Shown: piece after piece, positions 48,996-62,337 of the stretch
Layout of the letters: every line of letters begins with the position of its first letter
Position numbering within the stretch: position 1 is the stretch's first letter
Assembly: GCA_028534125.1 (NCBI GenBank)
Contig: CM052841.1
Location: forward strand, 59,272,001 to 59,336,000
Source of the DNA: Lama glama
Lineage: Eukaryota
DNA length: 64,000 nucleotides
Reading direction: 5' to 3'
Made by a program: the position numbers and the translations under genes
Notes under the pieces: model-generated
Seen by the model: the letters and a program-made list of their open reading frames with translations, nothing else
What the model was told of the DNA's origin: nothing
Databases searched by the model: none

Positions 48996-49544
48996 CCCCA
49001 AGTTTAGACATGCTGATCGGCGCTAGGAGCCAAGGGTAGTGGCTAAGAACTCAGTTTCTAGAGCCTGAAGATGTAGGTCTGAACCTCAGTCCTACCACTT
49101 TTCTGAGCCTCAGTTTCCCCATCTGTAAAATGGGCTGATACTCATGATGTGGTTGGTCAACATTCACTGTTGAGAGCCTTATCTGGACTCTTCTGGGATT
49201 CAAGTAGCCACCTTAAAGGACACTTCGTCACTTTCTTTGTAGAGCCTGGCTGCAGTGTCCCACTCCCCTGGGCAGTTGGCAGGAACACCAGTCCCCAGCC
49301 CCCAGAATGAGTCTCAGGTCTAGGCAGGTCCCTGTCTCCAGGGGCTTTTAGGGCCCTACCATCATGGGAACCTCCGTTCAGGCCCAGCCCTGTCATTTGA
49401 CAGTGGAGGGGGTGCAGAAAGAGAGGGAGAGGGGTCTGCCCAGGGTCCCAGTGAGGCTGAGGCTGGGCCTCACGCCCTCCCCACCTCGCCCTCAAGTGCG
49501 GCCCCTGCACAGACTGTAAACGCCCCCTCTCTGCTGTGTTTCAG

Positions 49545-49639
49545 TGGGGACGCCATACTACATGTCCCCGGAGAGGATCCATGAGAACGGCTACAACTTC
49601 AAGTCTGACATCTGGTCTCTGGGCTGTTTGCTGTACGAG
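49545..49639 (+). CDS. NEK6: NEK6 coding exon 7 (aa 208-239): [32 protein letters not shown]
   Basis: tttcag|TG acceptor, GAG|gtaagt donor, 95 nt. Confidence 0.97.
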
Positions 49640-52587
49640 GTAAGTGTCTGGCCCGTGGCTCAGCGGTGTTTGGTGGGGTCTGTGTGGTGGGTGCCAAGCC
49701 GGACAGGGTTCACCCCACCAGCTTAGGGTGCAAACGGGGTATGCACAATGTCTGCCTGTGGCATTGGAACCCCTGCGTCCTCTCCTTCATTGCATGCAGC
49801 CTAGCATCCTCCTGCTTGGCAGTGCCGGGCTGGAAGAGGTTAGAGGTGTGACCAGTGGCGGGCTGGGTGCCCTCTCACCCTTGGGCTGCTCAGATCTGGG
49901 AAGGAAAACAGACTGGAAGCAGACAGTCCAGTGTCTGCTTGTTGATGGAAGGAGCACAGGCAGGGGAATCTGGTTGCCCCTGTTTCCCTGGTAACCAGGG
50001 CAGTTCTGTTCACTGTGTGTCATACGCTCATGGATCAGGCCCCATGCAGGGCCCCTGGGACAGGAGGAGTCAGCTCGGCCCATGTCTCTGGAACACTCCC
50101 CTCCGAGCGGTGTCCACGTTCTTCCAGCCCAGCAACATAGGTCTCACTAGAGACCACCACCCGCTCCCCTGAGCTATGAAATGGAGCCACCAGATGGCCA
50201 ACTTGGATGGAGGGACAGGAACACTTCTGAGTCTTGGTGGGCTCAAACATGAGACAACAGGAACTCATAAAGTCCCCACCCATTTTGGCCAGCCATCGGG
50301 GGCCCTGGATAACGGAGCTGGAGAGCACAAACCACTCTTGGTCATGATGGGAGGGAGGCCTGAGTCCTATAGCTTCTCCAGGTTGGCAGCCACATCCTCC
50401 CACCTGGACCACCCTGTGCTGGGCAGCTCTGGGATTCCATCCATCTCTTCATCTGTAAAACAGGAATAGTAGTTGTCTTGCATTGTCACAGGCCAGATAG
50501 ATGAAGTAACAGGTATGAAAGGCTTTGAAAACCCTCCAGGGACTTTGAGACACCAAACATGGTTTGGTTTTAAAATTGGAGCTTGATTATTATTCTGCTT
50601 TCCCTGGGGAGGACTTGAGCGTCTGTGGAATCTGGCTTGGAACTGATTAGCTGAAGAGTCTCCCAGGGCAGCGACACTCAGGTTTGAGTTGAGGGGCCAC
50701 CAGGAATGATCTGGAGTTGGAGAGACTGACTTCTTTGCTTCTGTGAGACTGTTGACTCTGGGAACTGACCTCATGGTCCATGGGTATAAATTCAGGAATA
50801 AGCTGCCCACTGCGGATGTGCACGTAGTGGACCCCGGACTGTGGCAGCTATGCAGTTGGGGTCTTTTGGTGGTGGGATTCCCCCCTCCCTGCATTACAGA
50901 TTGAGGCTATGAGATCAGAACTCTGATCCCTTTGCAAGGTTTAAACTTTATAGTGTCTTTCTTTTTAAGCCAGTGGCCTGTTATTATTAATAGCAGACAT
51001 TTCATTTTAAAAGAGTGGCCTTGTGGTTAAAGATGAAGCCAAGTGGAGATGTGGCCCTTGTGGCTATTATCCCTGGGCCCCCTTCTCCTGGAAGTCCACC
51101 GTGTGGGTGCCCCACGGAGTTACTGGAGGGTCTGTGGGTGAGTCAGGCCCTGGCAGTCAGAGATGGGGTGTCTGTTGTAGGAGGAATTCTCTTAATGAGC
51201 ACCATACGGGAGCGTCGAGGCAGTGCCCTCTCCCGCTCGCCCCCCCAGCCCCCTCCCCACCCCTGGTGGCTGCAGTGGATCAGGAGTGCGGAGTGATTCC
51301 TGGCCCCTGAGGGTGCAGGAGGGCTGAGCTGTGAATCCGTCCCATGTGTGTGAGCACACAGCTCATAAAGCTAGGATGATGTGGGTTGAGAGATGCAGGG
51401 CCTGGTGTGGGCCCAGACCTTAGCCAGAAAGACTTGAGTTCAAAGCTCAGCTCCCCGGGAGCTGCAGGTGTGAAACAGCCCCGGCTCAGAAGGCCCTTGG
51501 CAGAGGCGGGCAGGTCATTGAAGTGGTACTACTGCCTGCGAGCCCCGACCCGACCCAGTGCAGGCCAGCAGCTCGCCACGTTTCCCTTTTCGCTGTGGCC
51601 AGCAGGAAGCCAGAGTTCAGCTGTCTTCTGTCCCCGCGGAAACGCCGCTTACCTCCTGTCCTCATGGGTACTGTCCCTGGTCTGGATGCTTTTCACCTTT
51701 CCGTTCTGCATTCGGGATTTCTACCTCTGTGACCCGTGCGGGCCTCAGCGGAGCAGGCGACCAGGGTGTGCCCCGCCTGCTGCTCTCCTCGGGGCGGGGA
51801 GCACCCCATGCTTGTGCCACGCTCCCTGCCCGAGCCCTTGCCTGACCCTGGAGGGAGACACAGCACCAGCCTGGTGGATCTTGGGCCAGGCAGTCCCCCG
51901 AGTCCTCGCTGTTGGGCATTTAAACACATATGTAAAGAGGCAGCATCTGTTAGCAGCCCCCCAGCACGGAGGTGCTGATTTATTTTATTATTGATTTATT
52001 TGTTGGTCATGCGGCTTGCAGCCAGGGAGGGACAGATCGGCAGCCGGCTATCAGTGAAATCAATGGAGTCCTGCGGGCACTGACGTCCTCGGGGACAGCT
52101 GATCTAAACCTCGTGGCCCCGGGCCTCCCGCAGAAGAGGCCAACCCCTCGAGGGTGAACGGCAGTGGGGGCTCTTCCCCAGGCTGCCATCCCTCCCCACC
52201 CACAGGCCTTGTCGGGAAACAGAACAGGATGCTTTCCCTGCAGAGGGAAAGGGAGGGAGGTGCCTCTGAGCCCACAGCCCTGGTAATTGGAAGGGAACGC
52301 CCTGCAGACACGACCGGAGCCCCCGCTGCCCAGCCTGTGGGGCCTGCCATCGGAGAGCACCAGCCTTCAGAGCTGTAACAGGCTCCCCACCCCAGCCCCA
52401 GATCGCATGCGAGGACTGAGGATTCCACGCAGCCCCAGTGGAGCACACCTGGGCCAGGGAGGCCTGGGACCAGAGGTGACGACAGAGCCAGAGAAAACCT
52501 GCCCAAGCTAGGGGCAGGTCTGCCCTTCCCTCAAGTTCCAGCATGAACTGACGTCTCAGGGGCCCCCATGCTCCGTCCCTGCAGCCA

Positions 52588-52960
52588 CTGTAACAGATTC
52601 CCAGTTGGCCTCATAAAACCATACAGTAATTCTTTTACCGTTCTGGAGACCAGAAGTCCGAAATCAATTTCCCTGAACTGAAGGCAAGGAAAGTGCAAAG
52701 GCCACCTACGTTCCGTGGCTTGTGAGCCCCTGCTATATCACGTAAGTCAGCACACCTCCTTCTCCTCTTCTGCACTCACATCTCCCTCTGCTCCTTCTTA
52801 CAAGGACACTGTGATTACACTTAGGGACACTCCCCTATCTGGGGACCCTTCATTTCATCATGTCTGCCAAATCTCTTTTGCCATATAGGGTAACACATTC
52901 ATAGCCTCCAAAAATAAGGACATGAACATTGTTGGGGGCCTTTATTCAGCCTGCCACACC
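52588..52960 (-). mobile_element. MLT1-type (MaLR) solo LTR
   Basis: gttctggagaccagaagtccgaaatca, ttcttacaaggacactgtgattacact, ctcttttgccatatagggtaaca, terminal ttattcagcctgccaca. Confidence 0.8.
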
Positions 52961-55900
52961 CTCTTGCACCTGGGCAACCAGATGTCCACTTAGCACCTCC
53001 TGAGATCACCTTAAGATGCTGATGTTGACCCATGACTGGAGGAGCCGCCACAAAGCACTACACCTGGCCTGCACCCCTCAGGATGGGTGCCAAGTGAGAT
53101 CTGTCTTGAAGAGGTCAGCGCAGGACAAAAAGGCCAAACAGCCCAACAGCTGGGAGCAGCGCTACCCTGGACATCGGGGTAAATCACAAGAATTGCACCA
53201 GGCCAGTCCCAGCTTCGCTATAAGGGAGGAAACAGGCTCAAAGAGCTGGAGAGACTTCCCAGGGTCACACAGCAAAGAAGCGGCCTAGATGGACACTGGT
53301 ACCCAGGCTGTCAACGCCCGCCCCTGTGCACAGAAGCCAGGAAGGGACCAGTGGTCCTTGTGGGCCGGGGCCTCTCCCCTTATCTCCAGCCACCCGGGGG
53401 CGGTGTGCCTGATGGAGAAAGAGATGCAGGGCCTCTGCTCAGAGCCCCTTTGAGGGGAAGGCCCGGTTGTGAGGAGCCCTTGGCGACTTCAGTGGCCCCT
53501 CCTCTGCTCTGGGAGCTCCCAGCAGAGATGCCTGAGCCTGGCCTATGGGAAGGCCTGGTGCTTTATTTTCATTACCCAGCACGCCCCGTGGAGGCACTCA
53601 GCAGGCTGCCTGGACTCTGCAGAATTTATTTATTTGCAAGGGAGCTCAGCTCTGAGCACGAAGCTGAAGGAATTGGCTCACTGGGCGCCAGCCCCAGGAT
53701 CCTCAGTGGGATGCCTGCTCACAGCAGCCTCGAGGGGGCCAAGACCAGCAAGAAAGTGGGCCGGGGGAAAAAAAGACGAGGGATCAGCCGTGCCTTGTAT
53801 GGAAACCTGCTTTGGAATTCTGGCTTGTGCCAGAGAATGGTCTGGATGCCCCCTAATACTTCATGGGGAAGCAGGGCTGCAGACCACTTGGCAACTGGCC
53901 TCTGGGTTCAGCCTTCGCTCCAGGATGTGCTTGGGAGATACTGATGAGGAGATGGATATCTGAGGCCCTGACAGGGCCAGAGTCAAAGGCAGTCGCTGTC
54001 CCCTCTGAGTCAGAGTCCCCTTCTCCGTCTGACATCTCAAATCACACACCAGTTTCCCTGAGCCCTCCCAGCGGGGGCAGGTGCCCACACACTCCCATCT
54101 CCCTCGCTATGTGTCATCCCAATAACGCCAGGGAGGAAAAGTTCTGCATGTGAGAAGCGACGCAGAGAGCCGTGGCTTTGGCCGTTCTAACAAGGCAACC
54201 AGTATCAGCCCCAAACGGCAGTTTCTCCTCTGCTTCAACCAGTCAGAGGTGGGTGGTCGCCAGTACGAGATCTCAACAACCGGGGTAATCGTTCTAATCC
54301 CACCGTCTCAAGCAGCCCCAGAGGTTCCTTCACAGCCCAGTGCGCTGATCTGGGTGGAAGGCCCGTGGCCGCAGCTGGAGGGGGAGCAGGCAGGGATGCT
54401 GCTTCCGCGAGAACCTGCGTTTACAGATGGAGAAGCCACCGTGAGCCAGGGAGACTGAGATGACTTCTCTGCATAGCCCACTGCCAACCGTGTGCAGAGA
54501 GCTCTTCTGAAGCAGCACGGGGAAAGTGACGGAAAGAAAGGTTGGAGAGGCCATCTGAAGGAGATGCTGATACAGGGCTCATGCTCTGCCATCCTGGGGC
54601 CCTTTGGAAGCCCCAAATAGCAAGATTTGTGCAGATCAGATCAGGCTAGCTTGTTGAAAGGATCACCCAGTCCCTCTTCCAGGTCAGACACATGAAAGAC
54701 CAGAGCCCGTGTTGTGGGGCCAGCGTTTAAACATCCTTCCTACTCTGAACAGAAACACTTTCCAGGAAAATCCATCTGACTCCTCCTGCATGGTTTGAAG
54801 GGCACCAGATCACGACAGTGCCCACCCTGGTGCCCCAGCTGCTCTCTGCTGTGGCAACAGATGTCCTTTTGAAACTGCTTAATTAACCCTTTGTACCCAA
54901 GGTTCTCATCTTAATTATTAGAAATGCTTCACCCAAGCAATGCCATTTTGCATACTAGATGGTAAAGCCAGTTCCCAGCCCGACTGTTGGAGCCCACGGG
55001 GGCAGGGCCTCTGTGTTCTCATCCTGCCCTGCCAAGTGCCAGGGCCGCTCCCTGCAGCCTTCCCACAGTGTGGGCTTCACAGTCAGACAAGTTCTCGGGC
55101 CTCCTCAGAGGGACCCAGGCGCCTGGTCGGTGGGAGGAGCGAGGGAAGGCTAGACGCCCATCTGAAAGCTCCCAGCCATGGCCAGGCGCCTGGGCCCACA
55201 GGTGCTGCCCCAGGCAGACTCCTGACCTGGGTCAGGGGAAACCCCCAAATCTCCAGGCTACACTGCCTCTCCAAAGGCCATTTGGCAACCCAGGGACACT
55301 GCCTGGGCTCTGAAGCCCCCTGGGCTCTTCTGAAGGAGGCAGGCCCTGCTCCGGGCTCACCCGACCTGTTCACGGGGGTGAACAGAGGATGGGGGCGGAC
55401 CAGGAAACTCAAGCTGTTGGGCTCCCACGGGTTCCGCCCTGCCCTGAGTTGGGGCTCGCTGGCCCATCCTCTGGGTCCTGAAGGGGGTGAGCATTCCTCG
55501 GTGTCCCGCAGTGCCCCCACAGAGCCCGTGCAGAGTGGTCCTGGCAGTGCAGCTCCTCGAAGGGACCCTGGGCCGGACGGACAGGCAGGCGGCCACAGTT
55601 CCCCGGCGGCCCTTGATTAGCAGGAGGCGTTGGGCCGTAATTGGCGGCAGATGACAGTGAGCGGGAGGGACGGGCAGCCCTTGAATCCCATCGCGGAGCA
55701 GTCGGCAGATGGGGCTGGCACCTGGCAGTCCTGCACACCCCCTCTGAAGACACCCCCAGCGGTGCTCGGAATAGGGGATGGGAGTCTGGAGCCTCCGGAA
55801 CAAACAGGGAGGCCTGGTAGATAGTTCCCTGCCTGGGTGAGAACCCGCCAGGGCCACCAGCAGAGCCCCCGAGGAGAGGGCCTGCCTTCAGGGTGGCAGC

Positions 55901-56666
55901 TCAGGTTGGGGGGCCTCAGCCCTGCAGGTGGACCCTCGTCCATTTTACGGATGAGGAAGCCAAAGGCCAGAGCCCCAGCAAGAGAATGCAGAGCCGGGCT
56001 TCGGGAAGCTTCCACCCTGGAACTTATGTGAAGCAGAGTGTCTGGGGCCCCTCATTCAAGGGCAGCCAGGCAGCCTGCCTTCCTCCTCCTGCCTCCCCCC
56101 ATGATGATGGCTGGGCACCTGCTTCCGCAGACGGCAGCAGCCACTGCCCCAGACGCCAGGCTCTCTCACAGCCGCTCTGTAATGGGCTGGCGAGAGCAGC
56201 CAGAGTGAAAGCCAAGAACAGAAATGCCTCACTGCCCACTCCCCGGCCCAGGGGTTAGTCCTCAGATAAGTAGTTTACTAAATAGACACCCTCCCATGGG
56301 TGTCTGTGGATTTGCTTTCTGGAAACATCGGACTGCGCACCAAGAACCAGCTCCCGGCCCCAAGCACAGCTCCTGTGTCCCCATCTGCTGTGTGCGTGCG
56401 ACCAGAAGCTGTCCCTGAGAGCCGAGGTGTGAGGCTGGCCCTTCCTTCTTGTCTGTAGTTTTGTCACTGAACCCGCTGTCCCATTTAATTTGCTTATCAA
56501 ACAAGGATCATGTTAAAATTGCCACTTGCAGTTGAACCCCAACTTCCTCAGGATGTGGGGGGGCTGCCAGACAGCCGCTGCAGGGCGACCAGGGAAGCGC
56601 TGGTCGGAGAGGCCCTTTGCCCCTGGACCTCAAGGCTGAAAACCCATCTCTCATCCCTCGTTGCAG

Positions 56667-56780
56667 ATGGCAGCTCTCCAGAGCCCCTTCTATGGGGACA
56701 AAATGAATCTCTTCTCCCTCTGCCAGAAGATCGAGCAGTGTGACTACCCACCGCTCCCTGAAGAACATTACTCGGAGAAG
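56667..56780 (+). CDS. NEK6: NEK6 coding exon 8 (aa 240-277): [38 protein letters not shown]
   Basis: ttgcag|ATG acceptor, AAG|gtgcgt donor, 114 nt. Confidence 0.97.
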
Positions 56781-57789
56781 GTGCGTTTGCTGCCCGAGGG
56801 CTGGGCCTGGTGCACTGCCCACCTGCACGGCTCCAGGAGGGGCCGTTCCCAGGTCCCACAGCTGCGGAGCTGGGCTTGGGTTCACTTAACAGGGTGGAGA
56901 AGGAAGATTTCTGGGACAGTGACTCAGAGGAAAAAAAGTAGATTGATTTTACAGAAGAGGTTTCAGGGACCCATGTGGGCCTCCGGACAGCAGGGCTGCG
57001 GCCCACCCCCCGGCACACTTCTGCCCACTAGGCTCCCAACCCGGAGTATGAGGTTCCCTGCTGTGGGTCCTGGAGATGGGCTCATGTGGTGTCAGACAGC
57101 AGTGGGTGGCAGGGCCTTGGCTGGCCCCTAACCACCACTGGCAGCCTCTCCGCTCCTGTGACAGGAAACCACAGCCAGTAGACTGGTCTTGCTGTCACAG
57201 ACCTAAGACACACCCCTTGGTCTTTTATTTTCAATATTTCACACTGAGTGCAGGGGTCCTGGGCACAGAGTCTGATAGGTCCGGCCATCAGGCTGTGACA
57301 GGTAAGACTGTGTGACAGTGTCATCTCCCTCAGTTTCCTCATCTTGAAAACAGGGTTAATACTTCTGCCTTCACGGATAACATGTGAGGATGAAATGACA
57401 GGTTTACAGCACAGCATGGTTAGGGTGTAGACAGATGCACAGGTTTACGCACTCCCCTCACTGTTCTTGGCTGAGTTACTGAACTCTCAGTTTCCTCATC
57501 TGTAAAATGGGGACAATCCTGGACCTACCTCACAGGATCAGTGTAAGCATTAAGGTGATGCACGTGACATGCTCGGTCCAGCACCAGCCTCATGTTTACT
57601 ACCACCACCAGCCAAAGCAGCCGCTGGAGGTAGCAGAGGGCCTGGCTTAGAGTAAACGCTCCATACGGAACAACTATTATTGTTACTTCTGTTCAAGGTC
57701 AACGCTAGTGGGTGTGATAGGGAGTCTGAGGTCCCACCCTGCAGGACCACAGGCCACTGCCTCACAGTAATAGCAGATCAGATTGATGA

Positions 57790-57910
57790 CTTACTGTGTT
57801 GAATCTGCCCCCATTTCATTTTACCAGGAAGGAAACTGAGACAGACTGGTTAAGTAACTTGCCCAAGGTCACACAGCTTGCAGGTGAAGGCAAGGTTTGA
57901 CCCAGGTGAC
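57790..57910 (-). mobile_element. MIR SINE
   Basis: aggaaactgagacagactggttaagtaacttgcccaaggtcacacagc ... ggtttgacccagg. Confidence 0.85.
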
Positions 57911-59221
57911 CCTGTGCCACCCTGCTTCTTGAGGGCATGCCTTGTCCGTGGCCCAGCTGGGGTGTGGCAAGGTCTGTGCTGCTGACCACAGTCCTGAAGG
58001 CTCTGAATTCAGGAGCAGCCCTTGGCCACCAGGGGCCTACGCCTGAGCTGGCCAAACCGTAGCGACCAGGCGTCCCGATACGTGCTAAGCCTACGTCCAG
58101 GCAGGCCGCCTGGGTCATCAGCCTTTGTTCCCAATGCCCGGCTTGCCGGCTCTGTGAACCCCCAGCCACCAGAGTGAGGGTTGGGAGCTCACGTTCCTAC
58201 AGAGCTGCTCAGTGGTCAGTGCTCTTTCTCGCGTGGCTTTTGCTTCGGTGGCTGCAGAGTTCTATGTGCCTTTGGAAGAAATACTTATGCTCTGGAGTGG
58301 AAGTTGGCAGGAAAGGAAAAACTAGTCAGAGTTGTTCAGCAAGTTTATAGTTGCATTTGGTGTTTCTTTCCCACCTTTTGTTTGGATTTGGAATTTTGTT
58401 TGTTGAAATCTGTTAAGGAGCCATGCAACTTGGAGCAAATGACAACTTCTCTGTGCCTCAGTTTCCCATCTATAAATGGGAACAGTAACCTCTGCCTTTT
58501 GGTTCTGAAGCCGAAGTGAAGTTTCCTCCCAAGTCAGCCTTCCGCCCTCATGCACTCCTGCTCCCCAGACCTGGCTTTCAACAGCCGCGTGCAGCGTCTA
58601 GAGGTGCTGATTCTTAGCGCTGCAGCGCACCTCACTTCTGAAGGTAAACCACCTCTTAGAAATGGAAATAAGACACTTTCTCTGCTGAAATTTTCAAAAG
58701 GGCAGTGTTGCTGTCTGTGTAGTCTACTCAGAGATGAGCAATTCGGGTCACATAGATCTCACCTTAATCTCGTTTTCTTGGGCACTTTAACCATCAGAGG
58801 CCAACACAGCTACCTTCTCCTGAATACTGTAAGGTTCTAAAGAGGACCTCGCACCAGGGGCAACCTCGGGCTCCAGGAGCATCCGAGCTGGCTGCGGGCT
58901 CAGGTGCATCTGGCCGGGGGCTTCCCAGTGTTGATAAAGTGGTGGAATCCCCAAAAGGCAGCACTTGGGCTGGAGCCTCTCCCAGCGGGAGGCACCCCAG
59001 GCCCCTCAGCCTGGACACCTCAGGAGTGAAACACGGAGTGTGCGCAGCAACCCGGGCCCCCGTGTGACCCTTGTGCCCTCCCGAGACTCACTGCGCATGG
59101 CCACTGAGTCCACATGAGCCCCCTTATTCACGACTCCCCTCTGCCTGCTGCTGCCCCGCCAGCCCCTCAAGCAGCAGGTATTTAAATGAAAAAAATTGCA
59201 GTGAGCCCAGTGATACAAGTT

Positions 59222-59482
59222 NNNNNNNNNNNNNNNNNNNNNNNNNNNNNNNNNNNNNNNNNNNNNNNNNNNNNNNNNNNNNNNNNNNNNNNNNNNNNNN
59301 NNNNNNNNNNNNNNNNNNNNNNNNNNNNNNNNNNNNNNNNNNNNNNNNNNNNNNNNNNNNNNNNNNNNNNNNNNNNNNNNNNNNNNNNNNNNNNNNNNNN
59401 NNNNNNNNNNNNNNNNNNNNNNNNNNNNNNNNNNNNNNNNNNNNNNNNNNNNNNNNNNNNNNNNNNNNNNNNNNNNNNNNNN
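59222..59482. other. Assembly gap (N run)
   Basis: N run in last NEK6 intron, next to a CA repeat. Confidence 0.99.
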
Positions 59483-59511
59483 TGGTTTGGGCATCTATAC
59501 GACTGACAGCA

Positions 59512-59551
59512 GACATACACACACTCACACACACAAACACACGCACGCACA
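59512..59551 (+). repeat. Imperfect (CA)n microsatellite
   Basis: acatacacacactcacacacacaaacacacgcacgcaca. Confidence 0.8.
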
Positions 59552-59797
59552 GTACACAGATTTGCTCAGTAGTGTAGACAGTTGAAAGTTCAAAATTATT
59601 TGCAGGTAACCATTCTCAAGGTCTCAAAGCATGGCCTTCGGGGCCAGAGAGGCCTAGGACTGGTCCTAGCTCTGCCCTGGGGACTGTGACTCCGCACCCA
59701 CTCCTCACCTTCTAGTTGCCATGAGGGTTTACATGAGTTAACGCAGAGCCTCAACAAGGCTGCTTAAGAATAACATGCATCATCCTCTCTGTTGCAG

Positions 59798-59908
59798 TTA
59801 CGAGAACTGGTCAGTATGTGCATCTACCCCGACCCCAACCAGAGACCCGACATCGGGTACGTGCACCAGGTTGCCAAACAGATGCACGTGTGGACTTCGA
59901 GTACCTGA
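59798..59908 (+). CDS. NEK6: NEK6 last coding exon (aa 278-313 + TGA): [36 protein letters not shown]
   Basis: ttgcag|TTA acceptor, TGA 59906-59908; exon lengths sum to 942 nt = 313 codons + stop. Confidence 0.96.
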   Translation, partial: LRELVSMCIYPDPNQRPDIGYVHQVAKQMHVWTSST

Positions 59909-60699
59909 GCGCAGACACAGTGGGCCTCATCAGAAGCCACACCGCTCTGCCTCACCTGAGTCTTCTCTCCAGAGTGGCCACCTGGTAGCTGAGACCAACC
60001 AAGAGGGTTCAGCAGGTCCCCAAAGAGGGGGCCGGGCTTTACAGCAGATGCTGAACGTAGGGCTGCTGGGGGAGGGGCACTGGTCATGTCATTGGTGGTC
60101 ACCTTCACAAGTCCTTTCTTTAAACTGTTGTGGACACTCTCAGCTGGGTTAACAGGGCGGGTGGTTCAGCGAGCCACTGATGCACCCCTTGTATCTGGCT
60201 TGTAATGTGAATCTTTAGGATAACCCTTTCAACGGCCTGTCAAGGTCTGTACTAACAGGAGAGTCGCAGGAGACTGTGTGATTTGTAGTGAGCCTTTGAA
60301 AATGGTTAGTAGCAAGTTCTGTTTAGCTCTTAGAATCTTTTCAAACAGTCAAGCTGTGTGCTTCATTTACTCTGTTGTAAAGGGACAAAGCGGAAATCAT
60401 TTTTTTAAGTAGAGTGGAGATTTTCCTAATATTTTTATCTACGTTTGTAACCTGATGAATGACGATGAGGAGAACCCAGCATCTGGCACAGGGGCAAATA
60501 TTATTTGAAAGCCGTGAGTGTTTTCTGTGCAGTTGGCTCGGCCGTCTTCTCCTGAACACCTGCTATGTCCCAGGCAACACTGCCTGCTTGAATGCTGGCA
60601 GTGCCTTGACTGATCAGTGTTAAGTGTTTTCCTCCATGAGAAGGAAACACAGGATATGGAAACTATACGGGCTTTGCCCTCAGGCTGTTCTCTGTACAA

Positions 60700-60840
60700 G
60701 TTCTGGTTCTGCAACTTTAAGCAGCGAGCTTCATGGCCTCTCTGAGCCTGTTCCCTCATCTGTAAAATGGGACTGATAACATCTACCTTCAGGGTTGCTG
60801 ACAGAATTTGAAATAAAATATGTAAGTTATCTAGCACGCT
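60700..60840 (+). mobile_element. MIR SINE inside the NEK6 3'UTR
   Basis: cctctctgagcctgttccctcatctgtaaaatgggactgataacatctacct. Confidence 0.8.
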
Positions 60841-61491
60841 GGAGATGATCCAAAAGTGGCAGCCACTCACCCCTTCACAAAACTGAAGTCCATGGACCAT
60901 GTAAGTCAAGAGTTAATGTACAACTGTATTATTTGTAGGAAACCAGGAATGTGTTCATTTATTTCTCATTCCCAAATAGGATTAACTGTGAAGACTAATT
61001 TATAAATGTGAACTTAAGGAAAACTCAAGCTCTGAAGGAAACAGTCTGAATTTTGTTTTTATACTCAAGTTAATCCCCAAATGGTCTAAGGTGTCATCCA
61101 CTGACTTGGTGACAGTTCATCCCTGGGACAAAGCACAGGCCTGCCCTCTCCACTGATGTCCTGTCCGGGGCTCTAACCCGGCCTCCCTGGGGATAGAAGG
61201 ATTTGGGCTGGGCCACTGCTTTGTTTCCATGTGTGAACTCTGTTCTACTGTAAGACTGTTGGATTTGAGAGGTTTTCTTCAGATGCAACCTTTGCTTTGT
61301 ACTCATTCTCCATGATTGAAATAAAACGGGGTAAGAGGGCTTCCTTCTGTGAAAGAGTACAATTCACGAATAATTTTAAAACAGCTCCACATTGCAGCAC
61401 AATTTCTTGAGCCACCTTTAAAAACACAATTTCTTGGGCCCCAGACATTCTGAGTAACCTGGGAATTTTTTTACGCTTCCCAGATAATTTT

Positions 61492-61497
61492 AATAAA
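61492..61497 (+). terminator. Candidate NEK6 poly(A) signal AATAAA
   Basis: ttttAATAAAtcg in U-rich context with ttgttctctg downstream. Confidence 0.55.
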
Positions 61498-62115
61498 TCG
61501 TCAGCCAAGATGCTGTCCTAAATAATTCCATTGTTCTCTGCACCCCACTTCTGGCAGTTAACCAGGGAGGCAGCCAGACCCTGTCCCCTGTCTGGCACTC
61601 ACCACTGAAAGCTTTTCTGATTCCGGACAGATTTTTTGCAAGTATTCTGCTTCTGCCTCTCAGAGCCCCTACTGCCCATCTCCCTTGGCAGTGCCAGCCT
61701 TGGACACAGATGAACTTGCTTCCTGCACGCCATCCACCTGCAAGCCCACGAGAACTGTTCTGCCTGCTACTGGGACCCTCTAGAAGCGTATAATTTCAAC
61801 CACTCACCAGGCCTGAGTATCTGAGAAATGATCGTATCCTCATTATCACAGGTAGTGAGCCCCAGAGCACTCCTCCGACGTCCATGAAAGTGGAGGAACT
61901 GGAGGGAGGGCACCCAGTTTCATGCAGCTATGGCAAAGCAAACTGTCCAACCACCTGCTTTTTCATGGTACTTAGAATCGATCATCTCTTTCTCTTTCCT
62001 ACTTGGCTGCCGGTGGGGCAGGGGAAGACTGTGCTGCACTCATCCTAAAACATAACAAAACAAAAACAAAAAACCTGGGACCACGAGAAAGTAAGCACAC
62101 ACCAGGGGTGGGTGT

Positions 62116-62121
62116 AATAAA
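62116..62121 (+). terminator. Candidate distal NEK6 poly(A) signal AATAAA
   Basis: tgtAATAAAtgttt; last + strand AATAAA before PSMB7. Confidence 0.45.
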
Positions 62122-62337
62122 TGTTTATCTGAAGAATCAGAGTAACCCAATCTGACTTCCTCCAACAAATGAGGCCTCGTCTGTTTCTAGGAGGGACACG
62201 TTGCTTACACCCACCTGAACGCAGAGCAGCACTCGGGGAGGGCTTAATGTCCTAAAGGGGAAGCCGGGTCGATGGGCCTTAGCAGCCAAAAAAACACACA
62301 GCCCCCAGACCGCAGCCACTTAAGTTGGTTTTCATTT

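Larger units (their letters stand above)
59909..62140 (+). other. NEK6: NEK6 3'UTR with candidate alternative poly(A) signals
   Basis: AT-richer sequence after the stop; AATAAA at 60812, 61320, 61492 and 62116; true end(s) not determinable from sequence. Confidence 0.6.

Noticed and set aside
58848-58866. CTCF-like motif GCACCAGGGGGCA (similar ones near 27912 and 54068)
   Set aside because: Imperfect matches, expected by chance in GC-rich sequence without ChIP data
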